The notes below the pieces were generated by a model. It saw only the letters and a list, made by a program, of their open reading frames with translations. It made no database searches and was not told where the DNA came from. A stretch of DNA of 64,000 bases, taken from the human T2T-CHM13v2.0 reference genome, Homo sapiens. Shown here one piece after another: positions 28,084 to 42,043 of the stretch (within the stretch, counting starts at the first letter, position 1; every line of letters starts with the position of its first letter). A program made the translations under genes and the position numbers. The stretch lies in NCBI RefSeq assembly GCF_009914755.1, contig NC_060925.1; one strand, written 5' to 3'.

Positions 28084-28600
28084 TGAGGTAAGAGACCAGG
28101 AAGACTTACTTCCTGGTCACAAAACAAGATCTGGTCCAGACAGGATAAAGTGAAGAAACTGGCAGGAACCAGCAGATGATGATGAAAGTGATCCCTAGCT
28201 GCCCTCCTTGCTCATAGGCATAAGACACTCCCCACCAGCACCATGACAGTTTACACATGCCATGACAATGACCCAGAAGTTACCACCCACTTTGCCAACA
28301 ACCTGGAAGTTATGGCCTTTTTCCTAGAGAGTTCTAATTAATCCACCCTGAATTTGCATTGATCCACCCCTTAATTTTCCTATAATTGAAAGCAGATTTA
28401 TCTGAGTATAAATAAAGTTGCCAAGATCCCTTGTGATGCCAACCCTGGGCACGTGGCCAATAAGTCAGCCGTGCTCTTCAAGGAGAAGTACCATTTAATA
28501 TGATTGCTGTCTACCACCACTGGCTTGCTGTTGAATTATTTCCTGGGTGAAGCCAAAACCCTCCTGGACTAAGCCCCAATCTGGGGTCTTCTGTCCTACA
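28084..28600 (+). mobile_element. MER41-family ERV1 solo LTR inserted in L1
   Basis: TG…CA ends, 4-bp TSD agat, MER41 signature gacactccccaccagcaccatgacagtttaca. Confidence 0.8.
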
Positions 28601-31469
28601 AGATCATGTCATCAGCAAACAACAGTTTCACTTCTTCCTTTTCTATTTGGATGCCTTTTATTTCTTTCTCTTAACTTACTCTTCTTTCAAGGACGTCCAA
28701 TACTATGTTGAATAGAAGTGATGAGAATGGGCATCCTTGTCTTATACTGGATCTAGATGAAAGGGCTCTAATTTTTCACCATTGAGTATAATGTTATCTG
28801 TGAGATTATATATGGCCTTTATTATGAAGTACATTTCTCCTATATACAATTTGAGTGTTTTTTTTTTTACCATGAAAGGATGTTAAATTTTGTGAAGTGT
28901 TTCTTTCTGCATCTAATGTGATGATCATATGACTTATTTTTTCTGTCAATGTGGTGTATCACATTTAATAATTTGTCAATGTGGATATATCCTTGCATCC
29001 CAGGGATAGATCCCATTTGATCATGGTAAATGATCCTTTTCATGTGTTGTTGAATTTTATTTGTGAGTATTTTGTTGAGGATATTTGCATCTATATTTAT
29101 CAAGGATATTGGCCTGTAGTTTTCTTTACTTGTGATGTCCTTGTCTGGCTTTAGTATAGGGGTAATGCTGACTTTGTAAAAAGACTTTGGAAGTATTCTT
29201 TCCTCTGTGATTTTTTTAGAAAAGTCAGTGGGGAATTGGTAATAGTTCTTTAAATGTTTGGCAGCATTCAGCAGCGAAGCCAACAGGCCTTGGGCTTTTC
29301 TTGATGAGAGACTTTTTATTACTGGTTCAATCTCCTCACTTGTTATTCATCTGCTCAGATTTTGTATTTCTTTGTCATTCAGTCTTGATAGGTTGTATGT
29401 GTCTAGAAATTTATTTATTCTAGGTCATCCAATTTGTTGGCATATAATAGTTCATAATAGTTTCTTATGATTGTGTTTCTGTAGTTATCAGTTGTAATGT
29501 CTCCACTTTTATTTTTGATTTTATTTGAGTCTTTTCTTCTTAGTCCAGCTAAAGGTTTGTCAAATTTGTTTAATTTTTCAAATAACCACTCTTAGTTTTA
29601 TAGTTTTATTGATTTTTTAAATCATTTTTCTGGTTTCTATTTCATTTATTTCTGTGATAATTCTTATTTATTTTCTTTTGCTAACATTGGGCTTAGTTTG
29701 TTCTTTTTATGTTTTCTTAAGGTGTAACATTATTTATTTGAAATATTTTTTCTTTTTGATATAGGCACTTATTGCTACAGACTCACCCCTCAGAACTTCT
29801 CTTGCTGCATTCCTAAATTTTGGTATGTTGTGTTTCCATTTTCATTTGTCTCAAGACATTTTTTAATTTCCCTTTTATTCATTGATCAACTGGCTATTCA
29901 GGAGCATGTTTAATTTCATTGAGTTTTCTGAAAGTCTTACTGTTACAGATTTTTAGTCTTAACCCATTGTGATCAGAAAAAAATACTAGATATGATTTCA
30001 ATCTTCTTAAATTTGCTTAGACTTGCCTTGTGACCTAATATATGGTTTATTCTGGAAAATGTTCTGTGTGCTCTTGACAAGAATGTGTATTTGGTTGTTG
30101 TTGGTTTGGTATGTTTTGTACATGTCTGCCAGGTCCAGTTAGTCTGAAATGTTGCTCAAGTCCACTGTTTTCTTATTGATTTTATGTCTATCCAATATTG
30201 AAGGGGTATTAAATCCTCTACTTACATTGTATTGAAATATACCTTTCCCTTCAGATACTTTAATATTTCCTTTATAGATTCAGGTGCTACACTGTTAGGT
30301 GCATATATAATTGTTATATCCTATTGATAAATTGACCCCTTTATCATTATATAATGCCCTTCTTTGTCTTTTTAAAATACTTTTTGACTTAAAGTCTATT
30401 TTCTCTAATGTAGCTATCACTACCCCTGTTCTCATTTGGTTTCCTTTTGTGTGGAATATCTTTTTCCATCCTTTAATGTTCAATCTCTGTGTTCTTTGAA
30501 AAGTGAAGTGTGTAGGCAGTATGTACTTGGGTCTCATTTTTTTAGTTCATTCATCACTCTATGTCTTTTGATTAGAGAATTTAATCTCTTTTCATTCAAG
30601 GTTACTGTTGCATAAAGATTTACTATTGCCATTTTGTTGTTTTCTGGTTGTTTTGTAGTTACTTTATTTCTTTCTTCCTGTCTTGTTGTTTTCCTTTATA
30701 GTTTGCTATGGTGTATGGTTTCCTTAGTGGTATGTTTTGAATGTTTTTTCACTTTTTGGTTACCATGAGACTTTCCTAGAATATCTTACACTTATAACAG
30801 TCTACTTCAAACTGATAACAGCTTAAATTTGATTACATGTAACAATTCTGCACTTTTACTCCCCTCTTCCAAATTTTATGCTTTTGATGTCCAAATTAAC
30901 ATTTTATAATATATATCTCCTGACAATTTATTTTAGCTATAGTTGTTATTAATAATTCCATCCTTTAACCATTACACTAGGGATAAAATTATGTTACATA
31001 CCATGATTACAGTCCTAGGGTATTCTGAATATTGCTATTTATTATGTATACCATTAGGTTTTGTGCTTTTCTAAATGTTATGTTACTAGTTAGAAGCATT
31101 TTTTTTTTAGCTTAAAGAATTTCTTTTAGTAATTCCTGTAAGAGAGACCTAATAATGATGAATTTTCTTAGCTTTTATTTGCCTGGGAAAGCTTTTATTT
31201 CTCTCATTTCTGAAAGCTTTGGTGGTTAGAGCATTCTTGGTTGGCAGGGTTGTTTTTTGTTTTTTTTTCATTCAGCACTTTGAAAATACTATCCCACTGG
31301 CCTAGAGAGTTTCTGCTGAGAAGTCTACTGATGATTGTATTGAGACTTCTTTGTAGGTAATATATTGCTTGTCTCTTGCTGCTCTCAGAAATTTTTTGTT
31401 TTTGATTTTTGATAGTTTGATTATTATATGTCTTGGTGAACTCCTTTTTGGGTTGAACTTAGTTGATGA

Positions 31470-31824
<355 letters not shown>

Positions 31825-33649
31825 ATTAATGACTTTTTGATCCAATATTTCTTTCAATATGTTTTCTGGCCCTTTTACTGTGTCTTCTCCTTGTGAAATG
31901 TGTATTATGCACAGGTTAGGCCTCAGTGGTGTCCCATAATTCCCACGGTCATACTTTATTCTTTTTCTTTTTTTCCTTTTGCTCCTTTGATTGGGAAATT
32001 TCATAAGTACTGTCTTCGAGTTCATTCATTCTTTCTTCAGTTTGATCAAGCAGACTGTTGAAGTCTTTATTGCATTTTTCAGTTCAAGCATTGTATTCTT
32101 CATCTCTAGGATTTCTATTTGGGTATTTTTTAATTGTTTCTATTTCTTTGTCAAACTTCTCATATTGTTCATGTATTGTTTTACACATTTTATTTAATTT
32201 TTATCTGTATGTTTTTGAAGTTCACTTAACTTTGTTAAGAGGATTATTCTAAATTTTTTTGTCATTTCATAAATTTCCCTTTCTTTAGTGTCCATTGTTG
32301 GAGTTTTGTTAGTTTCTTTTGGAGGTGTCATGATTTCTCAAATCTGTGTAATCTTTGTGTTCCTGCATTGCTGTTTATGCATTTTCAGAGAAAGCCACCT
32401 TTTCTGGCATTTATAAGAGTTCTTTGGCAGAGATAGACCTTCACTAGTTAGTCTATGCTATAATTCTGAATGGGCCAGCTGGTAATGAATCTGGGCAGGC
32501 AGAGCTTGCATTCAGGTTCTCTAGATGTCTGGGTCACTGCCTTTTCTCTGAATTTGGGTGGAACAGCTGGCTATGCTCTGCTATCCAGCAAGACCACCAG
32601 CTAAGCCCTGCTATGAGGCTGAGCTTCTGTGTGGGCACTAAAGTCACTTCTGATCTGGCTGGGCTACAGAGTATATTCTCCAGCTGGAATATACTGCTAT
32701 CTGGACTCATCAGTTGGACAAAGTTGCAGAAGGGACCCTAAAGTTAATTGGATTGTGATGAATGGACCAAACGCTATACTCAGTATATTATATTCCTGAT
32801 TGTGGCAAAACTAATACCTGCTTATTGTCAAAATTTGCTGCAGTGATTGTCTTTCTCGCTATGTAGGGTCTAGGGGATAGGCTTTGGGGCTGTGTGAAAC
32901 ATTAAGCTTCAGTTTATGGCAGATCTAGTGTCTACTTGTTGTGGAAATTCACCGCCAGTGGGTAGGGAAAGGGTTTTCTCAGTCCCTGAGGAGCTCCCAG
33001 GGGTAGGGTCAAAAGCTAGACATGGAGGCTGGCTATCGAGGGATTCAAGCCTAGTAGTCCTTCCCACCTCTTCTGGGAGTGACCAGCTTGACTTTGCAGG
33101 TGACCTATGCTATTACCTGATATCTCTGATCACGGTACTGCTGGCAGGTACACTGAGCTTTCATCAAGATCTACCCACTGGTCTCCGTGGGTTTTACCCT
33201 CCTTGCTTTGTTTCGTTGTGACCCCAGGTGATCTGGCTGTGCCATATCCTCCTGTTTCCTGTTTCCTGTGAGGTGGGAGTGAAGTAGGCTTCCTGGGAAG
33301 TGTCAGAGAAGTTAGATGTCTACCTCCTCACCTCTCTTTTTTGACTGTAGAAACCATGAGCCCTGGGGAATCCTGTGTGGTGCTGTGGCAACTTGAGGAA
33401 GAGGGAAGGATGACATGGTCAAAGCAAGACTGTTTCTTTCAGCTTTCAATGGGGAATTTTATTTAGTTCCATGGAAATGAAGAAAAGCATTGACTCAGGC
33501 TTATTCCTACACTGTGGAGTTTCAATAACATATTTTTGTCTGTGGATAGTTGCTAGTTAATCTTTCTGTTGGAGGGAGTGAAGACTGGGGCCAATTCGCT
33601 GTTGTCACTCCACTAATTTTACTTTCAAGAAACACCACAGTGAACTGTT

Positions 33650-33880
33650 TGCGGGCTCAGGCTGCAAAATAAGGTTGCTTGGATTCTGCCATTTATTGGA
33701 TGTATGCTCTTAGCAAGTTATTTAGCCATGTGCTTCAGGTTCCTTGTCTGTAAAATGGGGATTTATTAATAACTGTTTCATAGGGTTATTATTAATAATT
33801 AAGTTAAATGACATACTATATGTAAAGTACTTAAAGCAATACATAGAAGATAGATAGCAGTAAATGAGTCTTTGCTATTG
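33650..33880 (-). mobile_element. MIR SINE
   Basis: gcaagttatttagccatgtgcttcaggttccttgtctgtaaaatgggg MIR core. Confidence 0.7.
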
Positions 33881-34094
33881 TTAGTATATTGTTGCATTTT
33901 TAACACCTGTATTTACATGCCTCATATATTTTGGAGAAACAAGGTAAATATATAAACATTCAACAAAAACTAAGTTATGTGTAACAGAGAGGCAGAGAGA
34001 AATAGGGAGAAATAAGACAGAAAGAGAGAAGGCAAATGTTAGATGGAAATTTTCTAGAATAAAATTTTTGAGAAATTGTTCTAGCTCAGTCTCA

Positions 34095-34255
34095 TAACTC
34101 AAAATCGTAAAGCAATATTTCCCAAATTTAAGCATGGATCAAAATCACTTGTAAAAACGTACATTGCTGGGCCCCAAGTATGTACTTGTAACAAGTTTTC
34201 AAGAGATGTTGCTGCTGCTGATCCCTGGGCCACACTTTTGAACCGGGGCCCTAAA
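34095..34255. mobile_element. MER5A-like DNA transposon relic
   Basis: gcatggatcaaaatcacttg…gctgatccctgggccacacttttgaac. Confidence 0.5.
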
Positions 34256-35890
34256 GTATCATCTAAAATAAATCCTACTTAGTACATGTTCATCCATCAA
34301 ATTTACCTGCCTTTAGTAGTTCATTTGTGAACATTAAAAGGATCATGATAAATACACCCTAATGAAAAAAAACATAAATTTTGTAATTTATTTTCTTTGT
34401 GGTGGCTTAAAAAATAATTTTAAATAATATCTTTAAATTTTGAAAATGTTTTCTACTGGATATCAGTTTTTATTTATTTTAATGATATTCATTGTTTCTA
34501 TAATCAGAAAATGTTTGCTTTTAACTGTGTTGAAAAAAGCCCTCATAATGAAGAAAGAAAACCACTCATAATCCTACTGAGACCTAACTGCCATTTATAT
34601 TTCATTCTTGTTCTTTCCTATATTCCATCTGCCTATCTAACAACGATAAAATTGTATCATGCTGTAATTAAGGTTTATATTCTGCTTTTTGCACTCAATG
34701 GTATGTTAGTGTCCTTAAATGTTCTTTCATAGCATAGTTCTAAATTTTTGCATAATATTCTAATACGTGGTCATATCATCATCTCCTTTAACCAAAAAAA
34801 CTTTCAAGAAGCCACTCATTTTACAATAGAAAAAAGTGATTAAACTTTTTTCATTTTATCCAGTTTCCTTAGACATTATAAATGGAAACAAACAAACAAA
34901 AAGCTTTCAGCAAGGTTTAAAGTAATGTAATAATATTCACATTAATCTAGTCCAGAAGATACTCTAACCAGGAAAATATAATTAGTTACCTCAATAATAA
35001 TTCTGAATAGAGCAGCTTGAAAATACCATACCAGGTACATAGTGGGCATTCAATGAATGAATCCTAACAAAGACAATATCAATCATTTGTTTCTCTTTAT
35101 TCTGAATGCTGTAATAAATAACAATAAATAAGTAAGAACTCTAGCTATTTTGTATGCTCTTGGAAGTACTTTCATAACTCTCATAAATTTATTTTAACTT
35201 CTATTAGTTTAATTTTATATTATTAAATTCCATTAAAAGAAGCAGTTTAGCTAGTTATTTCCATTTTCATTTACCCAAGAAGAAAAATTCAGACTCTGAT
35301 ATTCATTTTTAAATATCTCCTTGGAACAATGTACTATAACAATATAAGGTCATGCCACTACTTTCCTTAGCCTCATTTAATTTCCACCTCATCAAAAGTG
35401 AAAGCTTACGTTCAAATGATAGAATAAGAGCCACATAAATAATATCAAACTTCAGGGAACCAAGAGACATTAATTTTCAAATCCTTAACAGGTATAATTC
35501 CAGAAATCAATTCCAACTACACTTTTCTGTTTTTATTGAATTTAATCAAGGGAAGCAAGTTTTAAGGAGAATCCATAAACAAGTTTATCATCTAAACTTC
35601 ACAAGATAAAACAAAATTTAAAATGCTATTACATAGCATCAGCATCAGCCAATCTGTACTTTCACAGCAGTTTACATGCATATGAAAAGAATTGCTTTCT
35701 TGGTCAAGAAATAAATATTAAAACATGTTAACATTCAAAATATTTGAATGTCATATCCTTAACAAACATGTTTTAACTCAAATACAGAAATAGAGATATA
35801 TTATCTCTAACTAGAGAAAGTATTACACTTGAAATTTTCAAGCTAAGCTTTTATATCATTGAACGAGCTCTTAAAAGGAATTTGCACCTA

Positions 35891-36005
35891 GGCTGGGTGT
35901 GGTGGCTCATGCCTGTAGTCCTAGCACTTTGGGAGGCCGAGGTGGGAGGATTGCTTGAGGCCAAGAATTCAAGACTACCCTGGCCAACATACTGAGACCT
36001 CATCT
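35891..36005 (+). mobile_element. Alu left monomer (FLAM-like)
   Basis: ggctgggtgtggtggctcatgcctgtagtcctagcactttggg…gagacc. Confidence 0.85.
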
Positions 36006-38453
36006 CATTTTTTTTTTTTTTTGGTATAAAAAAATTTTAAAGAGGAAAAAAAAGGAATTTACCTTTAGGAAACTATGACCCTAGAGGTAAAAAAGATAAA
36101 TGTACAAAAATTATCCAAAAATTAAAATTATTCATATTATTTTTCATTTATTTACCATGACAATTTTTTTAAAACAAAATCATGGTCAAGTCTTAAAAAG
36201 AACACTTTTTATGTGTACAGTTCTTAAAATCTACAAAGCTGAAAGTTCTAATACAATTATTCCCTATATGAAAAATATGCAAACTGGGACTCAAAGACAT
36301 TTGGCCATTAAGCTGTCCAAGGTGAACCAAACAGTAGGAGACAGTCTCGGTATTTAATTTAGGTCTAGAAATCCAAAATCTGTCTGTTTTATAGATGCAG
36401 ACTTTTCCCTTTTTCATTTTCTTTTTGATTTCTTCATTTTCTACTTAATTTTCACTATAGTTATTGTTATTATTACCAGCTTTTGTTAATTTCCATGGTG
36501 GTCTATTAGTGTAGAAACTAAGGTTGAACACTGCCTTCATCTGTGGAGATATGGTATTCTTGGCCCTATAGGCCTTTCCTATGATTCTAGATGTGCTGTT
36601 ATCTTGAGCTCCTAGTGATGTTCCCAAAGGAAGCACGTCACCCAGTAGACCCAGAGTAATCTCATCTGGTGACTTATCAAATTTCTGGATAATGACTACA
36701 CTCTGGAATCATATCAGAAACTCTAGACTACAAATGGCTTAGGGGCATTTCTCTAAAATCCTTATAATAGACTTATCACTTCACTTCCTACATATATTTC
36801 CATGTTCCTTAGGGCTCTATCTTAGGATTTTCTCTTCTCACTCTGTACCCCTTTCCTGAGGGACTTTAATTTACTCCCAAGGCACCCCTCGCTGTACATA
36901 TTGGTAACCTGCAAATGTACATCACCAGCCCAGAGCATCCTGCTGAGGGCCAGACCCACACTGAGTGAGCTTCCTTGCCATGGCACAGAAAAGCAGGACC
37001 TCGAAAGAGTCCACCACAATCCCTAAGTTGAGGAGAAAGACTCGGGATTTTAGAAAGGCTAGAGTTGGCAGGGCAGAAAACCAGAGAGAGAAAAATCCTC
37101 ATAGAGAAGCGGTGAAGATCTTCAGGTCTCCTTGAGTCTTCAGCTGAGTGCTGATTGGCACACAGCTGTAAGGAGCTACCTGTCACCTGGGGCACACCTG
37201 CCTGGAAGGAGCAGATGGAATAATCGCCAACCCACACACAAGGCCAGAAAGAGTTGGCGTTCCACTCAGAGTGGACACATATCTTGTAACACATGAGAAA
37301 TAGAGTAATTAGAAAGGTACTGTCTGGAAAATAAAACAGAAAACAATTAGCCCTAGACTCATGGCTGCTTTGGTCTCTCCTTAAGGAAAAAAATTAAAAA
37401 ATCATAAAAAGCTAGCATTAAATTTGGGCACAGTAGCCTGCGAACAGCCACTGCACTCCAGCCTGGGCAACATGGTGAGACCCTGTCTCTTTAAAAAAAA
37501 AAAAAAAAAGCCTCAAAAAACCCAAATTGTTCACCAGTAAGTAGTAACTATACCTCATAACAAAAGGAAAGAATATTTTTTAAAATATGATAATATCCAG
37601 CACAGAATAAAATCAAATTCACAACCTCTGGCATCTAGTAATATCTACCAGACATGCCAAGAAACAGGAAACTATGATCCACACTGAGAAAAATAATTAA
37701 GCAATTGAAGTCAACTCAGAAATGACATAGATTAGTAGGCACAGATATTAAAACAAATACTGTAACTATACTGTAACTATATTCTATATGTTTGAGAAGC
37801 TAAGTATGCTACAGAGAGATTTTAAAGGATATAAAAAAAGACACACATCTAAATTCTAGAAATAATACATACACTGAATGGGATTAACAGCAGATTAGAC
37901 ACAACATGCGAAAAGATTAATGAACTCCAGGAAAAGACAAATAAAAAACAGTAGACTGAACAGAATATCAGTGACAACACAAAAAATCTAATATATATGT
38001 CCTTGCAGTCTCTGAAGGAGAGGAAGAGACAGAAAAAATATTTGAAAAATATAATGGCCAAAAGTATCAAAATTTGAGACAGATGTAATAGAGTAATTTT
38101 ACAATGGTAAAGGGGTAAATTCATCAAGAGGACAGAACAGAACTAAACTTTTATGCACTTAATGACCTAATGAGAGCTTCAAAAAACATAAAGCAAAAGC
38201 TAACAGAACTTGAAGAGAAATTCTAACGTCTTCAGTTATTTAGTGACTTTGAAACCCCTTTCTCATTAGTGGATAGAACAAGTAAATAACATTTCAATAT
38301 GTACATAGAGGAACTAAAAAATACTATCAACCAGCTTCACTGAACTCACATTTATGGAGCACTCCACTAAATAAATAGAATTCCTTTATTTAAGAGCACA
38401 TAGACCATTTACCAAAATGGATCTATTCTAGGCTTTAAAACAAGTCTCAATCA

Positions 38454-38852
<399 letters not shown>

Positions 38853-39195
38853 TTAAACTCAAGTAGACAAGGGAATAGAAATAATAAAGAGCAGAATTCA
38901 ATAAAAGAGAAAACAGAAAACAAAACCATGCCCACAAAAATCAGTGAATCAGAATTCTGATTCTTTGAAGATGTCGATAAAAATGGATCAACTTTTAGCA
39001 ATACAGATAAGGAAAAAAAAAAGAGAAGATACAAATTCCAGATATCTCTATGAGAAACAGGACATCACAGCAGATCATACACAAAATAAAAAATAATAAA
39101 ATAATAAGGGGATGTTATGAACAAATTCACGATAAGAAATTTATCAGTGCAGATAAAATGAACAAATTTTTGTAAGATAAAAGTTACTGAAGCTC

Positions 39196-39903
39196 CTTTT
39201 CCAATTACCATGGCATGAGGAGCCATGAGCAGTAAAGTCTCTCAGGACACCCTGTATGAGGTGGTGCAGGAAGGCCCTGCATGGGGACGAGTGCAAGTGC
39301 CCCAAGTTTTTGGAGACTGGAGTTGCAGATAAGTTTGATGAACTATGACCTCCAGGACAAATGCTTCTCGGGCACCATCAGGCTTAAGTCCACTCCCCGC
39401 TCTAAGTTCTGTGTGTGTCCTGGAGAAACAGCAGCACTGTAATGAGGCCAAGGCTGTGGATATCCCACACATGGACATCGAGGTGCTGAAAAAATTCAAC
39501 CAGAATAAGAAACTGGTCAAGAAGCTGGCCAAGAAGTAGGATGCTCTTTTGGCATCAGAGTCTCTGATCAAGCAGATCCCGTAAGTCCTCGCCCAGGCCT
39601 ACATAAGGCTGGCACGTTCCCTTCCCTGCTGATACACAATGAAAATGAAGTGGATGAGGTGAAGTCCACAATCAAGTTCCAGATGACGAAGGTGCTGTGT
39701 CTGGCTGTGACTGTTGGCCATGTAAATGTTACAGACAATAAACTTGTGTATAACATTCACCTGACTGTCAACTTCCTGGTGTCATTACTCAAGAAAAATT
39801 GGCAGAATGTCTAGGCTTTATATATCAAGCGCACCATGGGCAAGCCCCCAGTGCCTGTATTAAGACACATTCGAATAAATTCTACCGCCACCAGCCAAAA
39901 AAG
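39196..39903 (+). pseudogene. RPL10AP5: Full-length RPL10A (uL1) processed pseudogene, probably RPL10AP5
   Basis: Starts with a cttttcc 5'TOP-like tract; ATG at 39225 ([14 protein letters not shown]); internal [30 protein letters not shown]; premature TAG at 39537-39539 plus frameshifts. TAA at 39861, AATAAA at 39874, short A tail. Flanked by the TSD aaaagttactgaagctc / aaaaattactaaagctc. Intronless. Confidence 0.93.
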
Positions 39904-40565
39904 AAAAATTACTAAAGCTCATTCAAAAAAGATAGATAACCCAAATACCCTTATATCAATTAAAGTAAATGAATTTTTAGTTAAAAACCTTCCCACAGTA
40001 AAAACTCCAGGTTTAGGTGGCATCATTAGTGAGTTCTGTCAAACATTTGAGAAATAAATAATGCCAATTCTATTCAAGATATCCCACCATATAAAAATGA
40101 AAAAAGCTTCCCAATTCATTCTATGAGGTCAGCATTATATTGATACAAGAAGCAGACAAAGACTTAAATATATTTTTTGTCCTACTGTTTTATGATACAC
40201 TATTGAAGAAACCATGCCTCTACATTCATTTATTTAGCAAATATGTATTTAATGTCTTCTCTGTGCAAAGAGGAATATGGGGTCTGCAAAGATCATGACC
40301 TCAACAGGGAAGATAATTTTTCAATTTCCTCTTCAAATTATTCATAAAAATTGCAAAAGGTCTCTGTCTACCTCAGCTTGCCTTTAAGTGAGAGATCTAT
40401 CATCAGTTACACAGTTTTCTTATTTTCCCATGCCTAACTAAAGTGATCTCAATGGCACTAAAGGATGTTTTTGTTTTAGGAAATTCTCATTATTTTTACT
40501 GGACCAGTAATGAAAATGATTTCTGCAGCAACCTAGATGATTCATTCCTTTTCAAGGAGTTGTAT

Positions 40566-40711
40566 TTAGATTGGTGCAAAAGTGATTGCAGGTTTTGCCA
40601 TTAAAAATAATGGTAACAAATTACCATTACCATTTACTATTAATAAATTACCATTTGTAATTGGTAATTTATTGCCATTACCTTTAGTGGCAAAACCCAC
40701 GCTTGCTTTTC
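40566..40711. mobile_element. MADE1 (Hsmar1 MITE) with rearranged, expanded centre
   Basis: ttagattggtgcaaaagtgattgcaggttttgccatt matches the mariner TIR; partial right TIR tggcaaaacc…cttttc. Confidence 0.75.
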
Positions 40712-42043
40712 TGGTAATAAATTCAGCGTTGGATATGCACTAGTTCATTTTCTCCCTTTAGTCTCTTTCACTAAATTGAGCTCCTTGAGTTCTAGGATCT
40801 TGCCTAGATCCATAATGCCTGGCAGACATGTTCAATAAATATTTGTCAAATGAGTGATGAATAAGTGAATAAATTAAAAAAAAGCAAAGGCTAATAAATC
40901 AATAATTTTTGTGTTTTACAACCCTGGTTATTTTTATTTTTTTACTACTTATAAACTTCCATTGATTCCCATAACAGAAACATATTGATTTGCAAAATTA
41001 GACATGCAAAATGTAAAACACTCTGAGCCCATATTAGCATACAAAATATAATATGTGGTACAGAGGGCATCTTTTTTAAAATAGCAAGACCGAGAATGGA
41101 AATTAAGTTTGAATGAAAATGTTAACTGAGCACAGAGCCCTACTCTACTCCCCATCTTATAAAAAAATTCTTATAAATGAAGAACAGGTACAGTAATATC
41201 ATAATAATTTTATAATGAATGTTGACAACTAAAAGGAGTACCACCTATGGACAAGAAATTTTAAAGATTTAGTGGAAATTAGATTGACCAAGGAGATAAG
41301 AGTCCTCAGACACACATAGAAAAATTCAAACTGCTATAATGTAAGTAGAGCTCTAAGTCTAGAGGCAACAGAGAGACAGAAATGGAAAGAGCTCTGGAAT
41401 GACTGGCACAATGATGAGCTGGGAAACTGTATATGGAGCTGATGGGCCAGTCATCCCTTTCCTCCTACCCCGTCCTTCTGCCCTCTCTGTTGAGCAGCAC
41501 AAAACAGACATGTTTTAACTCACAAATACAAATGAATAGGGCAATTTCCTCAGAGAGTGAGAACTCCCAGAAGGGCACTACTAGCACATGAATGCCTCAC
41601 ATCTCAGCAGCATACTCAGTCTCTCCTATGAAACCTGGAGACGAACCCCTATGCACAACCCTCATCCAGAGACATGCAAATAGGAATACGCAAACATAGA
41701 GGTGGGCAGGTAACTAAACATCTCCAAAAATTTGAGAAAAGCCAAAATCACGAAAGAGGTACTGAACCCAGCAGTAAAAACAAACTCTGGAGAAAATAAA
41801 GCCAACAGAGGACACAGGTGAACCCTTGAAAATAAGAGTCAAGTTCTCAGGAGAATGAGAGAAGTTGCCCCAGTGAAACATCAGAAGAGATTATTATGAA
41901 AAGGTCACCAGTTAGAGATCTTAGGAATTATAAACCTCAGTGGATGGACTGAATATCAAATGGATACAACTTGAAAGTAAATTTATGTTCTTGATTGAAT
42001 CAAAGGAATTTTTCCAGAATGCAAGGTAAAAAGTACAAAGTCC

